A DNA stretch of 64,000 nt from Tubiluchus corallicola (Eukaryota; Animalia; Priapulida): assembly GCA_030141605.1 (NCBI GenBank), contig JAQGDQ010000002.1:1736001-1800000 (forward strand), read 5' to 3'. Under the pieces are notes generated by a model, which saw only the letters and a list, made by a program, of their open reading frames with translations, was not told the origin of the DNA and searched no databases. Below are positions 44,806-58,634 of the stretch, in pieces. Made by a program: the position numbers and the translations under genes. The stretch's first letter is position 1. Every line of letters begins with the position of its first letter.

Positions 44806-46882
44806 CATGGCACCTTTCTGCAGTCACCTTTACTTGAGGCTGTTAACATTTTCTTTAGTGAAACACACAATGCTGTAGATATCAGTAGAATCTGGTATTG
44901 TGTTGCCAAGTTATATTGTAAAAAATGTATAAACAAAAACGGTTATCATAAAGATGAATATTTGTATTAAAGTTTACGTTATTTATTAAGATGTTTATAA
45001 AGGTGGTCAATGGTTTCAGCGCATGTTTCTGTTTATGTTATCAACTCTTAATAGGTAGCAGGTAATTAAAATGTCTTTGCAATTAGCTGATTTTCAGAAA
45101 AGTCAGGTGTACTATATTTAGATACAAGGTTAATAACTTATCAAGTCCTTGCTCAAAAATCCGATAACATTGTAGTAGTATCCTCAATATCTTCACAAGC
45201 TTCAACAGTTTATGATTTAATGCGATTTTTCAAGCTGTTAGTGCTGGAATGTGAAATTCCAAAATCTTTGGAATCTGTTTCTGAACTGACAAAGCCAGAT
45301 TTACTTTTAAAATTCAATTTATGTAATGGTTTCGTAATTTAGATGGCTCTGAGAATATTCTCACAGTTCTAGTTTCATTAAAAATTAGTCCTAGAAACTC
45401 CTAGACAGTAGACCTAGAAAAATGAGTTTTGCAAGTTCTATACATGCTAATTATAAAATGAATATTATTTTTGTACAAGTTTCGCATAAAAAGCATGTCT
45501 TATATAAAATAAATTTTATTGCTATAATATTCGCAAGTAAGTAAAGAATATTATCCTAATGCAAATTATCAAAGTAAGTATTAAGTTCAATTTCTGACTC
45601 TGACTAGCTTTCTTAGAGATTTTTCCAAATTTCTAACGCTGTATTAAAGTAACTTAATCTACTTAAAAGTTAAACTATTTGCATCTTTCGAACACTTTGT
45701 TATTCTGTATTTTAAATATAAAGTGTCTTCTTTGTTTAAGCTTTAAATTGTTCACTAAGGCTTCGGCTGCATATTTTATGCATTTTGTTGTGTTTCTTTT
45801 ACATTTTGAATGCTCGATATTATGTCTAGTCTCATGTCAGTATTATGAATTTTGTGCTAATTTTCTTACATTATATACATATATACACCAAGTAATTTTG
45901 AATTTGCTACAAATATGTATTGTAATTTTCGATTAATTCTCTACAAGGTGAAATGTGTAACATACTGTACATATTATTGTTGCATGTCACTGCACATAAA
46001 TGTGGATAACTATACTATTATTGCATAAATAAGACTATCTTATAATATCTAAATTCTTATTAATTGTATGCAAATAGAAAATTCTTAATATTATTAATTT
46101 TCGTAACGAAAAATTAAGGTGAAAATAAAGCTTAGATCATGTTATATTACTCTGTTATTGAAGTTATACAATTTTCCATTGCTGTGTGGAAACTACTGTA
46201 AATCATAATCATTGTCATCAGCATCATTATCATCATCATGTACACTACTACTTAAACTAATAATAGTATTTAGTCCTCTCCTCTTATGTGCCCAGTGTTT
46301 GTGTAACAGTGTAACTTTAGTAATAGTTGTTTGCATAAACAACTGTAATGATTGTTGTAGATTATTCAGATATTCACATAGAGAGCCAGATATGTAATGC
46401 CTTATATACTGTTGGGGTAATAACTGTGATGCAATGTTCCAAAACAAGGTTAATTTGTGCAAATAATTTTCTTGTGCATGTATTTTCACGGTTAAAGAGT
46501 TTTCAGTCTCCCAAAGTACTGCAAAGTTTGCTAAGACTATCCATTTTGTGCACTCACTTCATTGTATTCTACACTAATTATGATACTTCTACAACCGAGG
46601 TTGGATCATGGTGGGTATGAGTGCAGCATCTGTAATTCAGTGATATCAATTTACTTGTAAGTGTTATCTGTACATCATTTCACTGCCATCTGTGAAGAGA
46701 AATGTAAAATATTGTAAAAATAATACTTCAATATTTTCTGTTTTAATGATATTACATCAAAAGCTATTCTGTGTTCAGTGCAATAAACTCAAAATTTTGA
46801 AAAGTACTCAGAAGGTGCTGAATTAATTGGCATGAACCTAACTTCTAAACTTTATATGAAATTTGTAACCTCAAAAAGTTGA

Positions 46883-46935
46883 AATAAATGTTAAACATTA
46901 ATGTTTTTTCAGAATTAGTGTTTGTTTTTTTAATT
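46883..46935 (+). terminator. Candidate DENND5 polyadenylation signal (3'UTR about 2.1 kb)
   Basis: AATAAA at 46883 followed by a GU/U-rich tract (gtgtttgtttttt, ~46918). Other AATAAA hexamers occur at ~46125 and ~46782. Confidence 0.35.
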
Positions 46936-47385
46936 ATCCAGCTATAAGTGAATGTGCCAATATATTAGTTTCCATTATACACAGTTCTAATAGTTTCAAA
47001 GTACTGTTTGCACAGAATAGTACTGTTACAAAAAACGATATTATTAGTGCCTATATTGTTATTTAACTATGAATTAGCTAATTTGTGCCAATTATAAACA
47101 AGTAAATGTAAAAAAAAATTTTATGCATTATAAAAGTGCTGACACTAAAAGAGTAAAACATATTTGCATTTATCCTGTGCCAGTGCTTTGGATTTTTTTT
47201 ATAATATTTTGTTGTTGGCTTTTACTGTCTTTTATAAATCCAACACCGAATTGTCCCTTTTTCGTAGACTTCCTTTTAGGAAAAGAATTTCATAAATTTT
47301 AAATTCTTTGTTACAAACAAGTTATCGATGGTTTGGAAATATCACTTCAAAAAATGAGTTCAGACAATATTGTATCTACATTCTA

Positions 47386-47939
47386 CAGGGTCGTACATAA
47401 CTTTTTGCTAGGGGGTACCGAAACAACGAGTAATAGTAGAGAACAATTTATTACGATACATTAAAAATTGCTGAAACAGTAGTGAATTTATATCACACCA
47501 AATTTTAGTGTGAAAGCTCTATGTGTCTCGCACATCTTGCTATCTTGAGGGGTATGATCATAGCAGTAACCTGAAAACTTCTGGATTAATTTTTACGATG
47601 AACTAAATGGCTCTGAAATTCACCAGACCAAGTTACTCTGCCAAAGGCACTGGTTTATCTTGAAAGACAGAGTGAATACTAAGATGTTAAGACATGCCAT
47701 TAGTCAGTATTCAACAGATAAGTTTGTGAGACATCTACTAGATGTGTTGGATGATCTTAAGTTTTTCGAGTCGCTTTCCAATCACGTGACTATGCAAGAC
47801 GCGTGAGGCTTCCACGCCAAATTCAGAAAGTATGATATAGATTCTCAATTGATTGCGCAATACTTTGGTGTAATAAGCTGCTCTGTACGATTACTCGTTA
47901 TTTTTGTACCCTTCTAGCAAAAGGTTATATGCCAATTTG
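47386..47939. mobile_element. Tc1/mariner-type MITE with ~70-bp imperfect TIRs
   Basis: TA|cagggtcgtacataactttttgctagggggtaccgaaacaacgagtaat... is the imperfect reverse complement of ...attactcgttatttttgtacccttctagcaaaaggttatatgcc. A second copy sits at ~39395-39647. Confidence 0.75.
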
Positions 47940-48424
47940 TGCAGTGCGGCGAACATTGTAATTAATGTTAACTGAATGTGCCAAACCTATATGATTGTTG
48001 AGAAAATGCTATTAACAAACCATGTAAAATAAATTCAAAATTGTTAAGTCTTTTTTGAAAACTCTCTGTGAGAAAGGATTACTCAATAATTTTGTACGCT
48101 CCATTTCGTTACAAATTTTGAGGCGGTTATGCTTAATCTGAATAATCTCGCACTAGCTTTGACTGAGTGCTTATTTCTTGCCTGGGGGATATCATTAATG
48201 GTGTTCGGACATTTCGCACTGATTAAGACCTAATCATCTATAAATTAGATTACTTTCTCTACGTTGCTGTAGCAGCAGATTTCTAGTTTCATTGCTTGTG
48301 TCATTTAACGTCAGCGCTGTGTAGCGATTGTGTAGTTTCACTTCACATTTAATTTTGAGCGGCCCGGAGCCGCTAGACGAAATTTATTTAGCCTTCAAAG
48401 CGTAATTTTACTTAGCGACGCATA

Positions 48425-49148
48425 CAAGTTCGTCCGGCTTTTATTTAATGAGACTAAATTAGTTCCTATGCTTATTATGCTTGATACCAGTATTCAAACG
48501 CTCATAGAATCGTTTTGAGTATACCAGCTTGACACTGGACGTCATCAGCGTCCTCACACTCAGTAGGTTCATTAGCACAATATTAATTGATACAGTTGTA
48601 GGGCGCCGAGTAACCCACTAGCCGAAGTAGGACACTTCCAGTAAAATGCGTGTGCTAAATTTGCGGAAAAGCAGAAGCATTGTCGTACATGGGCAGCCCA
48701 AGTAGGGCAATGACGATTTTTGTCGAGAATCGAGAATTATGATGACATAATAACAAAAAAAACGTAAAACTAAATTTGTTTTACAAAAAAGTGACTTTAT
48801 AATAATGATAGTTTATTTATAATAATAATGGATGACAATTTACAAAATTAATGTACTTTTTACAATAGTATCATCAGTATTATTAGCTCCATTGAAATCA
48901 TCAAAACATTAAACTAAGTATCTAATGCTTTAAAGAGAGAAACTATGCACACAATTATTACAGAAATAATTGCAAGCTTAACAATGAGACAGATGCTGCT
49001 AAGCCTTCACAACACGAAAAATTAATTTTTAACTCTTTAGGAAAAGCAATAAAATTCTTTTATTTTATCAGATGTATAATAAACTATTCAACGTGTATTG
49101 ACGTTTATAATAATAATAATATTATTATTATTATAATTATTATTATTA

Positions 49149-49200
<52 letters not shown>

Positions 49201-49448
49201 ATAAACAAGGACAACGGATGGTGCCTGTACGCTTAACAACTCAATTTGCGACCTGTCTCTAGTGTCCTACTTGGGCAGCCCATGTACGACACGTCCTACC
49301 TGGGCTAGCCCATGAATTGCCACTAACTATTACACAGCCCTAGTGATTCAACAGTTACTGTAATGATTACTGCATTGCCACGTCTCTGAGCGTTTGAATA
49401 TTGGTATCAAGCATAACAACCCCATTAAATAAAGACGAATAAACTTGG
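48425..49448. mobile_element. Nested or foldback inverted-repeat element(s)
   Basis: Outer IR 48475-48504 / 49387-49416 (29/30) and inner IR 48681-48706 / 49266-49291 (25/26). The inner unit is bounded by TA|CAGT (48593) ... ACTG|TA (49360). Confidence 0.7.
49108..49199. repeat. (AAT)n/(ATT)n microsatellite
   Basis: Direct reading. A short (AAT) run flips to a long (ATT) run. Confidence 0.95.
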
Positions 49449-52118
49449 ATCCGCCCCTCTCTCTACCTTCCTTCCTCTGAGACCTCTCTCTCAATATCTC
49501 TCACAAAATTTAGTAGAATCCATTTTAAACGAACATCTGCCAAGCTACTACTAAGTTGGTGACAATTGACTCGCCAGAATATATGTTACTGTGTAGCATT
49601 AGAAAACTCAAATTACATCGTCAGAAAGCACATTTAGTTTCATTAAGCACAAGAGCTGGAGTTCAAATCTCGATCTGATTAAAACAATTACTTTTTTCTT
49701 TTTTCATTCAGCTAATCATTCTGTTGACTTTCATAAACAACTGCGTTCACTTTTTTGGGTATTTTTAGACAAAATTTTATTTCCAGTTATAGTAGCTAAT
49801 TAATTTTGTGATTAACATTTTTAGAATTAGAAATTGTCCGTTTTCCCTGTCAATGTTTCTCACGAAAGAACTTGTGTCAGTGGTTTTGCCATCCACACTG
49901 TTCTTGGAACTTATTAGTGCTGCTTAACGAAATCTACGCAAACAGTGAATAAACTACTCAACGGACCGATAAGACTGAACAGATATGGAATGTAATAAGT
50001 TTATAAAAACCAGATAAATGTCATGCGTAAGGATTATGTTAATAAGATCTAGGTAAAATATTATACACGAAATTGCTTTGCTTGTAATCTCTCCTCTGTG
50101 CGCAAGCGAAATTAGTATTTTAATGCTGCTCCTGGTTATCGTTATCATCGTAATCGTCGTCGTTGCGGTTGTCGTCATCATCATCATCTACCATCAATAA
50201 CAGCGCCGTCTTCGCTGTCATTATTACGTTTTCAGTTAGTTTTTGTAATAAGGGGAAAACAGAAAACTTTGATCTAGATTCTCCAAACACCAATATCATG
50301 CTAGCTACATCAACGTCAGCATATTGCATGCCATATATAAATTCAAAAATAAGAAATTTGCCCTAAAAAATTTTGTTCTACCGTATATTTAACAAATTAC
50401 ATGTATATACTCAACCGATGCCAAGCTTAAACACTGAAGGCTTCATGCTAGGTATTGCCAGCTAACTCTGTCTAACAGCGTAAAATATACACGTTAAGCT
50501 ACGTTATATACGAGATAAGTGACGTACAAATTTTGCTCTGTTGTATATTTTATATAATATATACTTTAAAAATTGGTACATATGTTCAACCAAAGCCAAG
50601 ATTAAGCACTAAAAACTTCACACTGTATGCTCTAATATAATTGCGTCACGGAACCATAATTAATTAATTATACTCGTTAGCAAATCCCTGCAATTGTTAT
50701 TATGAAATTATGTTAGGCTGAGAATGACTGTTTATAAAGCTAATGAGTGTTTTCGGGTGCCCTAACAAAGTTGTCAGCGTAACAAAGTGAATAGAATCAC
50801 TGAGACTATCAACTAAAGTAATTTCTAATAACAGTATTTTCATACTAGAATGTTCTTTATATACGTAGCTTGCTTGTAAGTTTTATCTTCACGCATTGCA
50901 CTGAAAAACGGAAGGAGTTTTTTTACTCAACGGGGTATCCCGTGGACTTGAGAAGCAGACCTATTATTATTTCTTGTTTTAAGCTTTTTGATCTTTTATA
51001 AATTGTATGATTGCACTAAAAGATGAATTGATTCTGTCTAACATAAAAGCGCATACACAGTTCAACAAAGTTGCCTAAATTACCCCACTTTGCACGTAAT
51101 AAAAAGAATTTAGCAAATTCGCATTGTACTGAGAAAACTGCCACACGTAATGTCGTCAATATTATCTCTAAGTGTACAGCAGCTAGACATCCGTATTAGG
51201 TTCTCCAACTAACTCATTTATTGTACGTTCTAAATTCGTACATCTAATAATTTACCTCCCTCGCACTGTCGAAATTACTCCGTCTAACTCATTTGCCTCT
51301 TCTCCTTTCTTCATTTACTCATCTGTGACGTGTCCAGGAAACCAATTACCAACGTTGAGAAGTTTGATCATTTTCACAAACTTTGTACTGCTTTATACTG
51401 CAATCACGCTATGCAAGCATTATCTCATTACATAAACAGTGGCTTTCGATTGCAGATAGTTAGAGAAAGCCCTGTTTTAAACCATGGGCTGGTGTATTGC
51501 TATGATAGAACATGGCATAGCAGAGCAGGCAAAGCAGTAAACAAATGCAGTGCTTGCGTGTAACATGGGTTGTACTATATACCTATATGTATATAACTAT
51601 TCCAAACCGTTATTTGAAAATTTATTGTGGTTGGAAAGAACAAGAAATTTGTTTAAGATTAAGTTCTACTGGTTATTCCTTGTAATATTACTTAGCAATT
51701 TAGAGATCACTAATTACGTTTATTTTACAATTACAGTAAATAATGTAGCAAAACGGGCAATCACAAAGGAATGGTCTGAAGCACTTGCACAACTCCACCA
51801 TAACTTATTTTGTTAATAAAAAAATCAGAGACAAATCGATTGCGTTAAAACAAAGCCACAAAACTTATACATAATAGTGACGACATTCTGGGTGTGAGTC
51901 CTGTGTATCTTTTTAATATTGCATGTACTTATAATTTTAGTATTTCAACTTGCACTTTTTGGAATTACTACTATAACTTGCAGTTTTTTCTTGCACCAGG
52001 CTCATTTATCGTTAAGCGGTGTTGGTTTTTAATCCTTATCACTGAATGATAAATTTGCAATGATTTTATTGTTTTCATCTGTTTTTTTCGGGCAAATGAA
52101 GATTTAATTTATTATATA

Positions 52119-52121
<3 letters not shown>

Positions 52122-52157
<36 letters not shown>

Positions 52158-52215
52158 GAAAGTAACAACCTGGCTCACACACACACACACACATATGAGC
52201 CAGGTCGTTACTTTC
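52122..52215. repeat. (AT)n tract followed by a 20-bp inverted repeat enclosing a (CA)n loop
   Basis: gaaagtaacaacctggctca (52158-52177) / tgagccaggtcgttactttc (52196-52215), 19/20 complementary. Confidence 0.9.
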
Positions 52216-52598
52216 TGATTTTGTTAAGTTGACTATACATTTTAAACACTCGCAACTGCAAAAACATCACACTAGACAGATGTTTAAAGGTTTTGTGGAT
52301 TTGCTTTAATAATATGGGTTCGTTTTATATAATGGTTTTGTGTCTGTAATTTTTATTATTTGTTTATCCAGTGCATGAGCTAAGTAAAAAAATACGGGTA
52401 AGGTTTCTTGGTCGCTGGCGTGTTAAAACCGGCGCACAATAAATATGAGTTTACGAGGAGTAGTGCATATATTCACTCAGACCGAATGCTGTCGAGCCCA
52501 TCTAATGGACGACCGTTCAGTTAGAATATATGGTAATTATACAAAAATGAAGGTAATAACTCTCTCCATAAAACAGTTTATTAAAATGAGAATCAAAA

Positions 52599-52725
52599 GC
52601 GCATGCGCAGACGAATAGATCTTCTCACATTGAAAACTTTGGGCACAGATGCTGAGACTGTGCTTGAACGCAAGGGTTTAGTTACGATCAGCACTGAAAC
52701 TGCGAAATTGAAAATGAATTGTTAG
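52599..52725 (+). promoter_or_regulatory. Putative promoter and non-coding first exon of the orphan gene
   Basis: NRF1/ewg-type palindrome GCGCATGCGC (52599-52608). Strong donor ttag|gtgagc at 52725/52726, then acceptor tgttttcag| at 52889. Confidence 0.5.
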
Positions 52726-53099
52726 GTGAGCCCATTAAAAATCATAGGAGTAATTGGAAACAATGATTCAGACTAACACTACAGTAAAAGAAAAAAGTTG
52801 TAATTGTGATTATTTGATTGCTTATACCTATATGAACACTACTTGGACAACTTTGCTGGACGTTTACATGCTGTTTCAATTGTTTTCAGGTATACGCGCA
52901 TAGATAATATTATTCCGTGTTTATTCCGAAAAAAACGGTCACTTAAAATTTTTCTATTCCTGCATTATTGTGACTCAAGGGTTTACTGATATGAAAGCCT
53001 GTAAGTCCACGTGTGGTGTGACTAAGGACTCATTAGAATGATGTCAAAAACTACCTCAAGAGCTGAAAAATGTACACTTGCACTGTTGTTTAGCAAGTC

Positions 53100-55659
53100 A
53101 TGACTACATGTGAATTACAACAAGGTAAGGCAACTTACGCTATTTTATCTCTAAAATCTTAATAAAATTCTTGGGTGCCTGACAAAATTACGACTTTTAT
53201 TGGGTTTTCTTCAAATGGATATTATAAATTTCTAACAACTATTGGTTCAAAGGCGTTGGCGTACCCACATTTATGAATAAGAAACGTACGACAAGCATTA
53301 AGTCATAATAATTTTATATAATTATAATTATATAAAGCTTACGGATTCTCAGGAACGTCAATTTTAGTAACATTTAGAACACAGATTGTTGCCAAACCAT
53401 TTTACTTTATTTTGCGCAAAGTTCACAGTCACTTGCAATCGACTATCTAGTTTAATCTACAACCAAGCGTGTAGGAAAGAATTGAAATTCAGTCTTAACG
53501 ATGTTTGTTACTGTCAGCAACTACACGCTTACTACTAGTAATAATAACAAAATTGTAAGTGTTGAAACTACAATCTACGTGTAACGCCATTTTTCTTTCT
53601 ACAAAAAACATTTAGATTACAGTGTCAATGTTTTTACAATGTTTCTTAATATTTTTGCTACTAATACTGCATTATTATTTTCTTATTAAAACGCCAAACA
53701 AAAATGCCGAGGTCGATCGAAGTTAGTTTTCACGACCGGTGCATTATAATAGCACATCGCTACACATTAATAGTCTTCTCGTGATATTTGGTGCATTTTT
53801 GTGATGTCGCTGCTCTGTAGCTTTTGATCCGGCAAGTACTGTCGCCGCCGTTATTGCTGGCGTTGCTATTGTTGCTGCAATTATCCGAAGAAGGTTCTAT
53901 AGCAATTAATTGTTAACCCTCAACTTTTCTGGTTTTGCTACCACCCGGTTTGATCTGACACTACTTTTACTATTTAAAGAATCCTTATAGGTAATCTCGA
54001 TCCACTAATTTTTCGTCAACTACTTTATGAATGACCACGCAGACACCATTTATTTACTTTACAATTCTGTATTGAACTCGAACTCGTCAAATACTGAAGG
54101 AAATTGTGAAAAATTACCGGTTATTTACAGAGGGGAAGGAAGATGAAGCAGCGGAAAAGGAAAGACAAAGACTGTTGAAAATGGATAACACCACGCAGAC
54201 AATTGTGCAGCTGAATCCGGATACCTGCGCTGAATCTACACAGGCACCGAGCGAAGGGGATGATGATGATGATGACGATGATTATGACGACGGTGACGCC
54301 AATGAAACTACAGTAACTGTAGAGAAGGTAGACCTATGAATTGGTTAGAATTGACAACAATATACCACACGAACTGGATGCATGGGCATCCACCGGAAGC
54401 GCAAAATAATAAAATGTAATTTATATCTTTTAAGCTCTATGCGCGCGCGTAATGTCTCACACAGACTGCTATAAATGTTAAGCAAACAACGTTTCACTGA
54501 AATCATTAATCTTGCAGATTAGAACTTCATTAATTTTATTAGGCAAGTGAACGTTAAAATGTGTATGCATGTAAAAAACGCGTAAATTCTCAATTCGCCA
54601 ATAAATGCTACATAACAAATCATTTACTCTGCGTAGGCATTTACACATTAATACTATTTACAGGTACATTCTTTATACTCGCAAAAAGGTTACATGGTAC
54701 TGAATCTGTGTATAATATTTTGAGGATCAGTACATGGCAAACAGATGTTCGTTGCATGCGATCCTTTAAAATTTTATACATTTTTCGCACACCTGGTATT
54801 ATCTTGATTTTGTACAATTATGTTCTGATACATGTAGTATATTATCCCTTTGGCGCTAAAAACAGTTCCTCGTCCTATTTGCCTGAACATCATACAATAT
54901 GTCTACCCTGCTTGTTATTATATCCTGGTGGTTCTTATGTGGCATAATATCTCCCCTCGACAGCCGTTCGGATTATTTGTCTTGCTTTTACGGCAGTACA
55001 AGCCTTTATTACATTCAGTGGCAAGTAATCTGCTACATCAGTTGTACGTATCGTCAAAGGTGTCTAGTACTGAGTATGTAGGGCATTCGTATCTGTGTTT
55101 GTATAAATGATACCTGGTGGATTTGTGAGTATTAGTCCCGCACCTCATGATCGTAATTTACTAATAGCATGGAAAAGGAACTGGTCTGATATCATCTAGG
55201 TAGGGGACTGATACGCTTCATTATTATACTCTTTGTGGGCTCCTATAATCTTTGCATTTCTTTAAGTGATCCATCAAGTAGTCTCAGTTACTCTGATGGG
55301 AACATCCACAAATTGCTTTTAGTACAACTGCCCAACAAACTCGTATAATGTTCATCTAATTAATCGCTGATTGGGCTGAATCTCATTTGACAAGTTAAGT
55401 AAAATTCTTTATCTTGCTATAGATATTTGCCTTGGAATATTTTTATGCCTGCGTAAATATACTTTTACTGATAATTTTGTGTCGTTCTTTTTAGAAGACG
55501 CGTCAGAGAGACAATGAAGAAGTTCGAACGGCTCAGCAGGCGGTAGCGGAATTGGCTCGACAGCTCGACAAACGGCGATGCGTAATCATTGCCGTCATCA
55601 TCGGAATCGAATTTGGGATCGTTTTATTCATAGTTCTGAGGTCATATCTAAACACTTAA
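53100..55659 (+). CDS. Uncharacterised 128-aa acidic tail-anchored membrane protein (3 coding exons)
   Basis: Exons 53100-53124 (caag|gtaagg), 54131-54327 (tttacag| ... aag|gtagac) and 55495-55659 (ttctttttag| ... TAA) join in phase (387 nt): MTTCELQQEGKEDEAAEKERQRLLKMDNTTQTIVQLNPDTCAESTQAPSEGDDDDDDDDYDDGDANETTVTVEKKTRQRDNEEVRTAQQAVAELARQLDKRRCVIIAVIIGIEFGIVLFIVLRSYLNT*. The exons are more GC-rich than their flanks. Confidence 0.72.
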
Positions 55660-58634
55660 GAGAAGACGCTGTTCCAAGAGCCCGTTTCTTGTATTACCGG
55701 AAAATGTAATATTTGCCACGCAATCCGTTACGCGTAGCGGATATTACAATCTCTGCCACATGTGTATTGGCAGATTTTGGCTTTTGAGTAAACCGCCCTG
55801 AGAGCAGGATATGTCCTTAATTGGGACTTCAAAATATTTAGGCCCACGTGAGGAAAACTGCGCCCACGCCTTTTAATACTAACGTTTGATTATATTTTGT
55901 ATGCAAGTAAAAGGGCGTGTACATGTTAAGAACATCATGAACATGTATGTACTCGTATGTAAATTCTATGGTTTTATTTGCATGTAAATATAATCTAATT
56001 TATGTAATTGTTTCAGTATTTTGAGACACAGATTTTGAGGATGATTTCATTTTCTGTTTATTTTAACATTTAAGACCCATTACTTTGTTCGGTAACAAAT
56101 AACAGAGCAGCTGTACACATGGCTGCATGCTAGCATCAATCTTTATTGTAATTACTTACATGGCCTACAGTTTTGTTAAAAATGAAATTTAAAAAGGAAA
56201 AATAACGCCTTAATTCTCAGTAGTGGGTACGAACTCGTAATCATTTCCCCCAAAATAGTAGTTATTTGCATTTTTTACTGATTATTATATTATGGATCTA
56301 CAAGCCACTTTGGCATTTAAATGACAACAAGCTACATATTCACGCATGTGGACTATGTACAATGTTAGCGCATTGTTGACGCATCAATGAATATGGTAGT
56401 TCCTTTAGCTAATAACAATGCAAAATGCAAATGCAATTAAGGATAGTAGTGAAAAATATCACCAACAGTTACAGGTTATTATCCAAACGCTTACGGTGAA
56501 TGACGCCATAATCAGGGAACACAAATAGCCAACAACATTTCAAGAAAATAAAATAAAATAAGTGTGATTAGATATATATTTTTTTTAATTGTAGTTGGCT
56601 GTTTCCGTTTCTTGGGCATGGTGTCGCGGATAATAAATTTTTATTGCACTTTTATTGTTGATGATGCCTTTCACAACTGTTAGTCTATTGAAATGGGCGT
56701 CTCGAGCAATTAGACATTTGAGATGACTGAATTTGCCAGCAGAATCTGCCATATCAGCCCATACTTCATCAAAGTTAGTACTGTATGCTATTCTTGTTGC
56801 TGCATGAAACCATGACTATGATTAATTTTTAGAAATAATTCATCTACCACACGTTCGATAATACCTGGTGTACAAGATGCAAAATCTGATTACAACAATT
56901 TGTTTAACAGGTTTTTGCTGTATGCAGGCGCAGCTTGACCCAGTGATTCAGCTCAATAAGTGATGTTTTAATTACCAAGTTTAATGTACTTAATTTTCTG
57001 CTTCAGACAAACTCATCCAGTGCAACATCTTGCATTAGACAAAACCAATAAAAAGCAATCGTTTTGTTACGTGTCACCTAGTGCATGTTTTTATGAAGAT
57101 TGCCCAAACAAAAACTGCTGTGTACAAACAAACGCCGCGTCGCATCAGACAACTTATTGCAAACATTTTTTAAGCATCAGAGAAATACCATAATGTAAAA
57201 ATGTTAATACAGATACCAGTAGATTAATGTAATTAAATATATCAGTCGCCATAGCCTTGCCTACTTCACAAGAACGGTAACCCCCCACAAGTAAATGCAT
57301 ACAATACCATAGCTCAATACTTATTCCTAACCATAATTACTGTAATCACCAGCCGACTAGATTATCTTCCTAAGCAAAGCCATCAGTCAAAATTTGCTTA
57401 TAGCTACAATAGTGCTGTTGGCAATTACTAGCTGGTGGCTGGTGGATTGTAGTAATTATGATAATTACATGATTTCATACAAATCTAGTGACTTGTAAGA
57501 GAAGGTGATTCACACATAAAAAGAAGCCAGCAATGGGTGTATGATATAAGAGGGAAAAAGCAGAAACTAGAGTTATAGACTGAAAAATTGGGTGCTAAAT
57601 TAATGCTTTCTCATATACACAAGCAAGAATTCATGTTTATATTTTAATGTTTTGTGTATGATAATGAAGGAAATAGGCGTTGCAGTCTAAGCACAAAGAA
57701 TATCTTAGTTAGCACACTGCATGCTACATTTATTCAATGTACTTATTACATTATAGTAGCAGAATGCAATACAACTCTGCACACAAATCACAATGCATCT
57801 GACATAAACGGTAAATGATACTCAAGAAGTAAACTAAAACGAGTAAAATTGCAATGAAAATTTTCAAAAAGCAGTTAAATCAATGTTAGCTAAAATAAAA
57901 AAAAATACTTTTTCACAGAAACCACAAGACAAGTTATTCTACACATCAATCACATGATTTGAAAAAGAATTTTACTGTATTACATTGACTAGAACAATAA
58001 TTATGATATAACTCAAAATTGTGGCTCCAGAAGTTACAGGAAAAAGTGGTTAAAATTTACAGGCAACAAACTATGACAAAAATATTTTTAATACCACTTT
58101 CAGGTGGAACAAAAACCATCTGTGCATCTGGCCATGACTGACCAGGTTTGAGAGTAGGAGAACATGGCCGAAATCCGAATCCTGGTCAACTCTAGACGAC
58201 AATGTACAGTATAGTGTAGAGGATGTGTCACCTAGACAAGTACATAGTTCTTTTGATGTGAGACACTCTTAGTAAATGCTATTTACTAATATAAAATACA
58301 ACATCTAGTGTATAAACAGTTAACTTGTTAAATTATCAATGCTAGTTTATACTATTTGATACTAAATAATGAGTGTTTGAGAAATACAATGTCAGACTGG
58401 CTATAGTATTTGAGCAGTGGTCTTGCATCTTTCACACAAATTACGCACTAAATAGCATAAATTTTTTTACAAGTTTAAAAGCTTTAGCCACTAGACAAGT
58501 CTAGGTCTAAATGCACCAAGTTATCAAACACAACTGTTGATGCATACATTACAGTATCTCACAGACACTCAAAAGAATTTTAGGAGGGTGGCTACAGCAC
58601 CAGTCTTCAATGATTTTTTATCTGATCTTCAAAC

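Noticed and set aside
49954-50366. ORFs with poly-D, poly-T or poly-S
   Set aside because: They derive from a degenerate (TCG/TCA)n tract, and I found no convincing exon chain.
54561-55110. 128-aa and overlapping ORFs in the orphan gene's intron, considered as a missing SNARE exon
   Set aside because: No heptad or SNARE pattern, no phase-0/phase-0 exon with good splice sites, and intron-like composition.
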